From a virus (taxonomy: Duplodnaviria; Caudoviricetes): a DNA stretch of 57,047 nt. A model generated the notes under the pieces. That model did not search any database. It worked only from the letters and a program-made list of their open reading frames with translations, and was not told the DNA's origin. Shown piece after piece: positions 44,009 through 52,284 of this stretch (positions are counted from its first letter, which is position 1; each line of letters starts with the position of its first letter). Both the position numbers and the translations under genes were made by a program. Where the stretch lies: positions 1-57,047 of IMG/VR virus record IMGVR_UViG_3300021077_000161. One strand, given 5' to 3'.

Positions 44009-44188
44009 GTTGGTGCCCTTACCGAAGCTGAGAATCCTAAGGTTAAGGAATATGCAGACCAGCGTCGTGAAGAAATGAAGAACCCGGTTGATGAACACAG
44101 TAAAAATTATCATGAACGAAGGTTAAATAAAAATAAAACTGAAGCAAAAGCGTCATTGATTAGACAAATTAAAGGAGAAACAGAATGA
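43985..44188 (+). CDS. Small hypothetical protein; first 8 aa (MGVNRIGT) supplied by the TnpB element end
   Basis: ATG overlaps tnpB TAA; stop overlaps next ATG. Confidence 0.6.
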   Translation: MGVNRIGTVGALTEAENPKVKEYADQRREEMKNPVDEHSKNYHERRLNKNKTEAKASLIRQIKGETE

Positions 44189-44535
44189 GTGTAGAAAAAG
44201 ACAAACGACAAAAGCAACTGGAAAAATGGGGAAAGAAACTTCCTGATGAATGGCGTCAAAACCAACTCGGTGCATCAACCCCAGACCTTTACAAGTCAAT
44301 TCTAAAATCAGCTATCAATATTGTTCAGCTGGCTATGGCAAAGGAATTAGATCAAGACTTAGCCAATCTAAAAGAACAGGTTAAAACAGCTGGGGCTCAG
44401 TATTCAGAAGGTGCCAAGCAAAATCATCTACAAATTGAGTTTTTGGTAGACATTTTGAGAGGCCGAGGAGAAGACGTTCCTGATCCAGAGGATTTTCTTC
44501 GTAAGGCAGCCAACGGTGAGATTGTTTCTGAATAA
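44185..44535 (+). CDS. Hypothetical helical protein
   Basis: AAGGAG RBS, 116 aa. Confidence 0.65.
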   Translation: MSVEKDKRQKQLEKWGKKLPDEWRQNQLGASTPDLYKSILKSAINIVQLAMAKELDQDLANLKEQVKTAGAQYSEGAKQNHLQIEFLVDILRGRGEDVPDPEDFLRKAANGEIVSE

Positions 44536-44544
44536 GGAGAAAAG

Positions 44545-44925
44545 ATGTCAGTAAAAACGATTAATAATAAAGTGGCCTGTTATCCGTTTGAGCCAGGGCA
44601 AATCACAGACATTAGTAAAAAGAAACTGGCTACAGTCACAGGGGAATCTAAGGTCGTAGAGCTTTTTGTTTGTTATGAGACAGAGCTTACCGACGGGCTA
44701 TATGTTGGTGAAAATGATGTGATTTTTGTCAAGACAGCTAGCATTAACTCTCCTTGGGCTAAAGAAAAATTTACTTTTCAAGGGGTAGAGGGTAGTGTAG
44801 AGTTTATTTTGGTGCCCATTAACGAAATTGTTCTAATTGATCGTAACGGAGCCTCGTGTAGTGAAGTGTGCGATGAATGCAAAGCTAAGGAAGAGGCAAA
44901 GAAAGAGCCCCCAAAGGTAAATTAA
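44545..44925 (+). CDS. Divergent GroES-like co-chaperonin
   Basis: KTINNKVACYP / VGENDVIFV / EFILVPINEIVLI parallel GroES KPLxDRVLV / VGDxVLF / EYLILxExDILA. Confidence 0.55.
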   Translation: MSVKTINNKVACYPFEPGQITDISKKKLATVTGESKVVELFVCYETELTDGLYVGENDVIFVKTASINSPWAKEKFTFQGVEGSVEFILVPINEIVLIDRNGASCSEVCDECKAKEEAKKEPPKVN

Positions 44926-44930
44926 AAGAT

Positions 44931-45140
44931 CTCTAGTTACTACAAAGGATACATATTCCAACAGGAAACCTTTGTAACTTAACGAAAAGATTAGGGTTTT
45001 CTTAATCTAACTCTTTATAAAAGTAGCCGAAAGGCAATGCTAGGTTAAAATAAGGGCAATTTAAATGCCCGAGCGGAGTGTCACGCTTCTTGTAGAAGAA
45101 AGCTGGTGAAGTTAAAATAGTAACTAACCGGATAGGCACG
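44931..45140 (+). ncRNA. Stand-alone TnpB omegaRNA-like locus (no tnpB ORF)
   Basis: GCCGAAAGG, CGAGCGGAGTGTCACGCTTCTTGTAGAAGAAAGCTGG and AACCGGATAGGCACG align with the 3' ends of both tnpB cassettes. Confidence 0.75.
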
Positions 45141-45142
45141 GA

Positions 45143-46117
45143 GTGGATAAAACGTTAGTTGTAGGTGATGTGCATGCGGTTCCACAGGAGCTTCCTGATT
45201 GTGAGGCTCTTGTGGAACTTATTGTCGATAGTGTAAAAAAGCATAAATGTGAAACCGTTTTGTTTTTAGGAGATAGCTTTCACACTCACGACATTTTGAA
45301 TAGTCGCGTTATTGATTTTTGGCTCAGAGCGTTTAAAAGAATGTGTAGTAGTGGGGTTAACGTTATAACCATTTGCGGCAATCATGACCAGCTCACTCCT
45401 ACAATCAGAAGCCCTCATGCGCTAGAAGCTTTTAAAAATTCGTGCATCGTTGTTGATTCTCCAATTCAACATAACGATTGCTGCTTTATGCCATACTATT
45501 GGAACCCGGAAGAGTTTGTAGAAGAAGCAGTAAAGCTAAAAGATCAAAATCCAGATGTAGACACTTTGTTTTGTCACCAGACCTTTATGGGAGTAGGATA
45601 CCTGTCTAAAGACTCTGTAGAACCTTCTGCTGTGCCGTTTAAACGTGTCTTAAGTGGCCATATCCACACTCCTATGAAGCTAGGTAAAGTGTGGTATATT
45701 GGGGCTCCTCGTTGGCGTACACTATCCGATGCAGACATAGAAACAAGAAACCTGTATGTTTTAGAGCAGGGCAAAGCTCCTGTAGCAATCCCTACAAATA
45801 CACATTGTGTTAAAATTTATAAGTTTGAGGATTCTGAAGAACAACCTCTTAGCATTAACTTGACTCAAGACGAATTAACTAGGTCTGATATTAGAATAAC
45901 CATAAATGGTAGCTCAGCTTACATCTCTAAACGTATGCTTGAGTTAAAAGCACAATACAACGCAAAGTGTCGTGGGGTTCCTATTAGAAATAAATTAGCC
46001 AAAGCCTCAGAGTCAGAAGGTATTCAAAACGCCTTTATTCGCTTTGGAAGTAATTTCAACCCACCGAATGGAACAGATAGAGAGTTTTTGTTGAAGGAAA
46101 CTTATGGAAGAATGTAG
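45143..46117 (+). CDS. sbcD: SbcD/Mre11/gp47-like nuclease
   Basis: GDVH, GDSFH, GNHD, CHQ, SGHIH, YIGAP; near sbcC. Confidence 0.9.
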   Translation: MDKTLVVGDVHAVPQELPDCEALVELIVDSVKKHKCETVLFLGDSFHTHDILNSRVIDFWLRAFKRMCSSGVNVITICGNHDQLTPTIRSPHALEAFKNSCIVVDSPIQHNDCCFMPYYWNPEEFVEEAVKLKDQNPDVDTLFCHQTFMGVGYLSKDSVEPSAVPFKRVLSGHIHTPMKLGKVWYIGAPRWRTLSDADIETRNLYVLEQGKAPVAIPTNTHCVKIYKFEDSEEQPLSINLTQDELTRSDIRITINGSSAYISKRMLELKAQYNAKCRGVPIRNKLAKASESEGIQNAFIRFGSNFNPPNGTDREFLLKETYGRM

Positions 46118-46119
46118 TA

Positions 46120-46320
46120 ATGCTTAAAAAAATTGAAAATGGCGAATTTGTTCAAGATGAAGACAGAAAGAACGTTGTTGTAGTTATTTATGATAGCGAC
46201 ATTGAAGATACCATGGAAGACGTACAAGAAGCGTTAGATTCGATTGGGGCAGGTGTTCGAATTACCATTCTTGCCTCTGACAGAGAACGCACTGATTTTA
46301 TTTTTGAAAAGGCAAGGTAA
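46120..46320 (+). CDS. Small acidic hypothetical protein
   Basis: ORF in operon. Confidence 0.55.
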   Translation: MLKKIENGEFVQDEDRKNVVVVIYDSDIEDTMEDVQEALDSIGAGVRITILASDRERTDFIFEKAR

Positions 46321-46758
46321 ATGACAGACAATAAACCCAAGCCTCTTGACTGGTCTGCGCAGCTAGTTTTACTTCGAGGGCTTACACAGCGCTTTGGTTC
46401 TTTACATTCCGCTCAAGTGTTACAGTTGCGCCTTTGGCCGTTCGTAGTTGACTCTTCTCTAGATAAAACAGAAGCCCATGTAGACATTGAAGGCAAATTT
46501 GTTAATTTTATTTGGATTGGTTCTAAGAAAAAGATTGACGCAAAATACCAATATAGACTTAAGACTTTGGACTCTAACGTTAAATTTTTGCTAGGTGAGG
46601 ACTGGTCTATGTCGGTTGTTTGTGACGGTGTAACAATCTTTCCTTTGGATACAAATAATGGAACCCGAAATAATCGAAGCCGAAGTGGTAAGCCAAGAGT
46701 CAACAAAAATAGAAAAACAAGAACCAAAAAATCAAGAGCTAACAGAAAGAAAAAATAA
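46321..46758 (+). CDS. Hypothetical protein with basic tail
   Basis: ORF in operon. Confidence 0.6.
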   Translation: MTDNKPKPLDWSAQLVLLRGLTQRFGSLHSAQVLQLRLWPFVVDSSLDKTEAHVDIEGKFVNFIWIGSKKKIDAKYQYRLKTLDSNVKFLLGEDWSMSVVCDGVTIFPLDTNNGTRNNRSRSGKPRVNKNRKTRTKKSRANRKKK

Positions 46759-47371
46759 GGTAACTTGGCTTAGTGAGTCAGAAAACCACGCTTTAGAGTA
46801 TTTTAGAAACAATAAAGCCGGAGATCTAAAACTAGGTAGCAATTCGTTTTCTATAGCCCCTTCAGTTCAAGCCCAGCTGTTTGCTTTGTATCTAAACGGT
46901 AAGTCTTGTACTGAAATCAGAAAACTGAACCCTAATTTTTCTTTAGGACAAGTTGTTGACGCAGCTGTTCAAGGAGACTGGGAAACTCAAAAACAAGAAT
47001 ACCTAAATGGCTTAATGAAAAAAGCCAGAGACCGCCTACAACAAACTGGATGCGAAGCCATAAGCTTCCTTGCAGATCAATTAGCCGCTGCGCACAAAAT
47101 GCATGGTGATTCAGTAGCTAAATATCTACAAACTGGCGATCCAGCTGACCTAGGTTCGTTTGGCATTGGGTCTATGAAACAATATAGAGATGCGTTAGAG
47201 TTATTGCTTAGTGCGTCAGGAGCTAACAAAACCTCTACACTCAACGTTCAAGGTGAAGTCTTACATACCTCTAACATGAATACCCCTCCAGCTTCTTCGG
47301 TTTCTACTGGTAATCCTGGGTTGTCTTTGAGAGAATTAGCTGCTCAAAAGAAAAACAAAGAGGTTAAGTAA
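46658..47371 (+). CDS. Putative terminase small subunit
   Basis: HTH-like FALYLNGKSCTEI..W, helical body, upstream of TerL. Confidence 0.5.
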   Translation: MEPEIIEAEVVSQESTKIEKQEPKNQELTERKNKVTWLSESENHALEYFRNNKAGDLKLGSNSFSIAPSVQAQLFALYLNGKSCTEIRKLNPNFSLGQVVDAAVQGDWETQKQEYLNGLMKKARDRLQQTGCEAISFLADQLAAAHKMHGDSVAKYLQTGDPADLGSFGIGSMKQYRDALELLLSASGANKTSTLNVQGEVLHTSNMNTPPASSVSTGNPGLSLRELAAQKKNKEVK

Positions 47372-47583
47372 TGGAAGAAGTAAAAACAAAGAAGTGTGCT
47401 ATTTGCGGAATTCAGGTTGAGGGGAGATTTGTTCACATAGATCACAATCACGTTACAGGCATGATAAGAGGAGTCCTTTGTAGATCTTGCAATATTGGAA
47501 TAGGAGCCTTCAAGGACTCTTCCCAAACAATAAGGAAAGCTTTTTCTTATTTGAGCACGTATGGTGAAGGTAATGCCAATTAA
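47371..47583 (+). CDS. Endonuclease VII-like HNH protein
   Basis: CAIC..HIDHNHVTGMIRGVLCRSCNIGIG.FKD. Confidence 0.85.
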   Translation: MEEVKTKKCAICGIQVEGRFVHIDHNHVTGMIRGVLCRSCNIGIGAFKDSSQTIRKAFSYLSTYGEGNAN

Positions 47584-49585
47584 TTTATCTTCAGAAGAAG
47601 AAGCTTTAAGACGCCTTTTATTTAAGCCATGTACTACAATCCAAGAGCTTCATGACTGGGTGTATATATATTGTGACGTAGATCTCCCTGGATGTCACGT
47701 TGATCCTGATTCTACAGGCAGTCCTTTAGAGATGTGTTATGAGACCTATGATTTGTTAGTTAATGGCGGGCCTGAAAACATCAGTAGGGTTTTGTACTAT
47801 GCTAGCCGAGGCGGTTTCAAGACTCTTGTAGAAAGTATCGTAGAGGTTCTTTTGTTGCTTCACTTTAGAAGCAATGTTATTCATTTGAGTGCAATCGAGG
47901 AGCAAAGTAAAAACTGTCAAGAGTATTTAAAGAACTTTTTTGCTTTTCCAGCTCTTAGAGGGTTTGTTGAAGGAGATAACAAGAGAGCTACTTCAACTGT
48001 TTTTTACGAACCTCTTGATAAAAATGGACTGAACCTTACTAAAGCAGAATGGAAAGACCTCCCTTGGAATGAGCAACAACAGTATAAATTAGTAACAAAT
48101 AAGGTAGAAGTTATTGTTGCTACAGTCAAGAGTACAAATGGGAAGCATGGCGTCATGTTTTTGGACGAGCTTGATATTATTGACTCTCCTCGTGTTTTAG
48201 CTCAAACAGTTAATATTCCAACTCCTTGTAGAAGGGCAAATGGAGAAGTAGCGTTACCCGTTACGGTGATCACGTCCACAAGGAAGACTAGCCATGGCCC
48301 AGTGCAGGATGCTATTAACAAGGCCGATAAAACAGGACTGTTAATACGTCACTGGAATGCAATTGATGTTACTGAAAGGTGTCCTAAGACTAGACATAGA
48401 CCAGATCTTCCTCGTATAACTGTATATCGTTCTGATGAATTGGTATCTGCTATTACTGAAGAAAACTATAATGCTCTACCTAAAAAAGATCAAGAGCCCT
48501 ACGTAAAAGATGAGTGCTATTCGGGGTGCCTAAAAAATTGCTCTTTGTTTGCTGCTTGTAAAGGAAATCTAATTGACAAGCAGACTTCTGATTCAAAACT
48601 TCTTAAGCCAATCAGTTTTCAGATAAATCAGTTTAAAGACAGCCCTCTAGATATTGTTCAATCTGAACTTTTGTGCAGAAAACCTTCATCTGAAGGGCTT
48701 ATATATCCAAGATTAGATAAAGTGAAACATTTGTTAACCCCTGCTCAAGCATATGAAAAGATATCGGGGGAAAGGTGTCCATTACGTAATTTTAGTAAAG
48801 CAGAACTAGTAGAGTGGCTAATGGGTAAGGGTGAATGGTATGGTGCATTAGACTGGGGTTGGAGCCATTTTTTCGCATATTGTCAAGGAATAGACATAAA
48901 CAATGTTATGTATATAATTTTTTCGTTTGCCGGATCTGAGTTAGAACGATCTCAACAACTTGAGGAGATGGAAAAATTTAGAAGATTTGAGCCTACTATT
49001 TGGCCAGATTTGGAAGATCCATTAGCTGTTAGGGAATTTAAAAAAGCTGGATTTAGATTAAAAACATGGAATAAAAACCAAGGGAGTGTTGTTGGAGGAA
49101 TAAATATAGTTAGAAAAAAACTAAGCCCAACGTTAGGAAGACCTCCTGAGTTATATTTTGTTAGGGACCTAGGCAAAGATCCTCATATAGATCTTTTATT
49201 TCAACACCTTAGCGAACACCACTGGAAATTGGGAGCAACCGGAGAGCCTACCAATCAAGTGTCAGATACTAAGAAAGACTTGCCCGACTCATTGCGCTAT
49301 TTAGTGATGAATAAGTACTCAGATAAAGGCTCCTTTGCAATATCTCAAGAAGCTGAAAGTCAACCAAAGATATTGTCTCAAGATGGGCAGCCGGTTTATC
49401 ATGCTGGAAGTTGGATGTCTCAAAAAATAAGTGAATTAACTGGAGGGGAGATCCGCCCCCCACAAACTAGTAGACCTTTAATGACCATTGAAGAAATCGG
49501 GCACAGCTATTACGGTGAAGTCAATGAGAAAGAGAAAAAAGACCGTAAAGGAAAATCTAGAAATATCGTATGGGACTTTGAATAA
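47561..49585 (+). CDS. terL: Terminase large subunit
   Basis: ASRGGFKT Walker A, MFLDE Walker B, TST motif III, nuclease LDWG and DLPDSLRY. Confidence 0.88.
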   Translation: MVKVMPINLSSEEEALRRLLFKPCTTIQELHDWVYIYCDVDLPGCHVDPDSTGSPLEMCYETYDLLVNGGPENISRVLYYASRGGFKTLVESIVEVLLLLHFRSNVIHLSAIEEQSKNCQEYLKNFFAFPALRGFVEGDNKRATSTVFYEPLDKNGLNLTKAEWKDLPWNEQQQYKLVTNKVEVIVATVKSTNGKHGVMFLDELDIIDSPRVLAQTVNIPTPCRRANGEVALPVTVITSTRKTSHGPVQDAINKADKTGLLIRHWNAIDVTERCPKTRHRPDLPRITVYRSDELVSAITEENYNALPKKDQEPYVKDECYSGCLKNCSLFAACKGNLIDKQTSDSKLLKPISFQINQFKDSPLDIVQSELLCRKPSSEGLIYPRLDKVKHLLTPAQAYEKISGERCPLRNFSKAELVEWLMGKGEWYGALDWGWSHFFAYCQGIDINNVMYIIFSFAGSELERSQQLEEMEKFRRFEPTIWPDLEDPLAVREFKKAGFRLKTWNKNQGSVVGGINIVRKKLSPTLGRPPELYFVRDLGKDPHIDLLFQHLSEHHWKLGATGEPTNQVSDTKKDLPDSLRYLVMNKYSDKGSFAISQEAESQPKILSQDGQPVYHAGSWMSQKISELTGGEIRPPQTSRPLMTIEEIGHSYYGEVNEKEKKDRKGKSRNIVWDFE

Positions 49586-49605
49586 CGAACAACAATCTTT
49601 AAGGT

Positions 49606-50427
49606 ATGTTCAAAATTGTCGAAGATTCTAAAATAAAGATGTGCAGTAGGTGCGGCAGAGGTTTGCCATTGACGGAATTTAGTAAGGCAAACAACTACAA
49701 AGGTGGCGTTCGTTCTTGGTGCAAAGAGTGTGTTGTCGACTATACTATGGTTTTGTACGAAAAGAACAAAGCTAGAAAAATTATAATTATCCCAGAATTA
49801 AAAACGTGTGCTGGTTGCAAGATTAAAAAACCGGGAGTAGATTTTAGTAAAAATAACGGAGCTAAGGACGGTCTTCAGGTCTATTGTAAAAAATGCAAGG
49901 TTATTGAAAAGAGGTGTTTAAGATATGGTGTCACCGAAGAGTGGTGTCAGACAACTTTAAGGGCTCAAGGCGGGGCTTGTGCAATATGCAAGTGGATACC
50001 TGGACCTGGAGATAAGGCTTTAGATTTGGATCATAGACACGGTGGGGGTCCTAGAGGTTTTTTAGACAACAAATGTAATTTTGGTATTGGGCTCTTCAAA
50101 GATGATGTGGAGATTATTCGTAAGGCGATAGAATATATGAACGGTCCAACAACTGGTATACTATATAAGAAAACGTGGGGTAAGCATGGAGTTCCGGAAT
50201 TAGTAAGGGATAAAATATTGATTGATCAAAATTACATGTGCAAAATCTGTTCTACTGACTTGCACAACAAGAAGATTTGTATTGATCACGACCATCTTAC
50301 GATGGCAATTAGAGGTGCCTTGTGTCATTTTTGCAATGTAGGGCTGGGTAAGTTTGACGATTCTGTAGAGTTGTTAGCTAACGCAATTCGCTATTTAATA
50401 TCAACATCTCTGCCATTAACCGATTGA
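49606..50427 (+). CDS. Homing-type endonuclease with two zinc-finger repeats and two EndoVII domains
   Basis: CSRC..F..WCKEC x2; LDHRH..RGFL..CN and IDHDH..RGALCHFCN. Confidence 0.8.
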   Translation: MFKIVEDSKIKMCSRCGRGLPLTEFSKANNYKGGVRSWCKECVVDYTMVLYEKNKARKIIIIPELKTCAGCKIKKPGVDFSKNNGAKDGLQVYCKKCKVIEKRCLRYGVTEEWCQTTLRAQGGACAICKWIPGPGDKALDLDHRHGGGPRGFLDNKCNFGIGLFKDDVEIIRKAIEYMNGPTTGILYKKTWGKHGVPELVRDKILIDQNYMCKICSTDLHNKKICIDHDHLTMAIRGALCHFCNVGLGKFDDSVELLANAIRYLISTSLPLTD

Positions 50428-50441
50428 TGCTTGACTTTAAG

Positions 50442-50885
50442 TTACATAAGACCCAGCTTAACTAAAAGCTTGTAACCTGAGAGCATAAGAAGTAAGTGGA
50501 AGGTATTATCTACAACGCAATAAACCAAAGAAGTAAACCCGCCTCTCAAAATTCTATAGTTACCAATGTGATTCCCTTTGATGCTTGTAGGTATGTTTTT
50601 GTGTCCGTAGTTCAGGAAGCCTGCCAAAGTTCTTCCTTCGATTAGTTTTAGCCATTTGTCAGCAAGATAGTACCTGTCTACGGGGAAATGAGAAATAAAG
50701 ACGACAAGAGCCCAATAGAAGTTAAAGCCTTTAGAAACCGAAATACAAAGACACAGCGTGTAAATTAAGCAATGGACAACGCAAGGCAACAAAGAGGAAC
50801 CCTTACGTTGAGCCATCCAAGAATTTTGAAAAACATAATCCCCTGCAAGGTGCCCTAATAGAATAGACTCAAAGACAGTTAGCAT
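50442..50885 (-). CDS. DUF3307 membrane protein
   Basis: GHLAGDYVFQ..MA..K..HCLIY..SHFPVD..DNTFH; ATG 50885 after AAGGA. Confidence 0.85.
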   Translation of the reverse strand: MLTVFESILLGHLAGDYVFQNSWMAQRKGSSLLPCVVHCLIYTLCLCISVSKGFNFYWALVVFISHFPVDRYYLADKWLKLIEGRTLAGFLNYGHKNIPTSIKGNHIGNYRILRGGFTSLVYCVVDNTFHLLLMLSGYKLLVKLGLM

Positions 50886-51068
50886 TGTTAAATCCTTTCT
50901 ACTTTGACACGATAGTCTATCGGTTTGTCTTTTCGTCCCCATGGAGGGATATCTAACATGGTATGTCCGACTGAGTTATCAATTGCGTCTTCTAGAGTTG
51001 ATTCAACTCCGTCTACATGATCGTTGTAATCAACTTCAATCGTAATTTTGTAAGTTTTCATGTTTTCA

Positions 51069-51248
51069 TTATGTTTGCGTTTTTAGATTGGACATTGTGT
51101 CAAGAACCACAGCTTTAAGTTGTTTTAGTCTATTGAACCTTCCAGCATCACACCAACGTTCTTGTAGCATTTTGATAGCTTCTTTGTCTAGCTCTTTCCC
51201 TACTTCGACTAGTTTCTCTATGGCTTGTTCGAAAATTTGTTTGTTCAT
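51069..51248 (-). CDS. Small hypothetical protein
   Basis: 59-aa ORF MNKQIFEQ.. after AAGGA and a TTGACG/TGGTATTT promoter. Confidence 0.45.
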   Translation of the reverse strand: MNKQIFEQAIEKLVEVGKELDKEAIKMLQERWCDAGRFNRLKQLKAVVLDTMSNLKTQT

Positions 51249-51284
51249 ATCCTTTTAAATACCACAGATACAAATTTCGTCAAC

Positions 51285-51292
51285 AACAATCT
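51285..51292 (+). promoter_or_regulatory. Putative late promoter motif AACAATCT, 8 nt before ATG 51301
   Basis: Same core motif at 49591 (+) and 6121, 8178, 10711, 20058, 32325, 37819, 39156, 56670 (-). Confidence 0.65.
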
Positions 51293-51300
51293 TTAAAGCA

Positions 51301-52281
51301 ATGTCTACTCTATCAGTTACAAATCGCTTTTTAGCGTACGAAGATCAAAGCTCTACTAATAACCCACAGCAAAGACCTTTTGATTGGTCTCGTCAGATGC
51401 AGGGAGTTCCCATCGACAACCCTGCCTGTGATCCTTATAGAATCCAACCCCTTAAAAATATTCAGGTTTTTGATGGCTCTAGAACGCTTTCTTATGACAG
51501 TTTAACCCAATATTCTATTGAGCCGTTAAACACTGCGTCTAATAGATATCGGCTTAAGTGGACTGGGGTAGGGGCTTCGCCTGTTTTCAGGATTGATAGA
51601 GCTGTAGGTTTTGCTTCTGGAACGGTGACGATAACCCCTCAATTAAACCAGTGTGTGGTGGTTACAGCTTCTGCTGGAGCGATTTTTGGTAGTGTTGTGG
51701 CTGGGGACGTTGTCTATGTTCCAGGCTTGTCTACAGGTGATTCTGCTTCGGTTTTTGATCCTATGAATGAAGGGATTTGGTCTGTATTAAGTGCGACTAG
51801 TACGACTTTGGTTTTAGGTAGGAATCCTGGGGTAGTTTATTCTTCTTTAGCACAAACTGTTACTGTATCTAACAATGCTTTGTTCCAGGTTTTTTCGTCT
51901 GATGGGGTTCAGCTTGATGACACACTGAACCTTTTAGAAGGATTTTCCCCTGTGATGCAGCAGATGTATGAAATTGTAGGTGTAACCGCTACATCTATTG
52001 ATTTTGTTTCAGGAGTCACACTTCCACCTACATCAACTGTTGTTCCAGGTCTTAATTCAATCGTTATTTTTGAAAATGCTAAATCTTGGATTGCCCTCGA
52101 AACAGATCAAAACATAAATGTAGCTATTAACGGTTCGATTACCTCTTTTACAGTTGAACCTATCTTAGCTGGCGACCCAAACAAGGTAGGTTTCTTTCAG
52201 TTGATGGGTACTATTTATTCTTTGAACATTACTAACAAGTCAACTCTTCCAGCAACAATTAGAGTTTTAAGCGCTGAGTAA
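51301..52281 (+). CDS. Putative virion structural protein
   Basis: Beta-rich S/T/V composition; late motif; directly before portal. Confidence 0.6.
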   Translation: MSTLSVTNRFLAYEDQSSTNNPQQRPFDWSRQMQGVPIDNPACDPYRIQPLKNIQVFDGSRTLSYDSLTQYSIEPLNTASNRYRLKWTGVGASPVFRIDRAVGFASGTVTITPQLNQCVVVTASAGAIFGSVVAGDVVYVPGLSTGDSASVFDPMNEGIWSVLSATSTTLVLGRNPGVVYSSLAQTVTVSNNALFQVFSSDGVQLDDTLNLLEGFSPVMQQMYEIVGVTATSIDFVSGVTLPPTSTVVPGLNSIVIFENAKSWIALETDQNINVAINGSITSFTVEPILAGDPNKVGFFQLMGTIYSLNITNKSTLPATIRVLSAE

Positions 52282-52284
52282 AAA

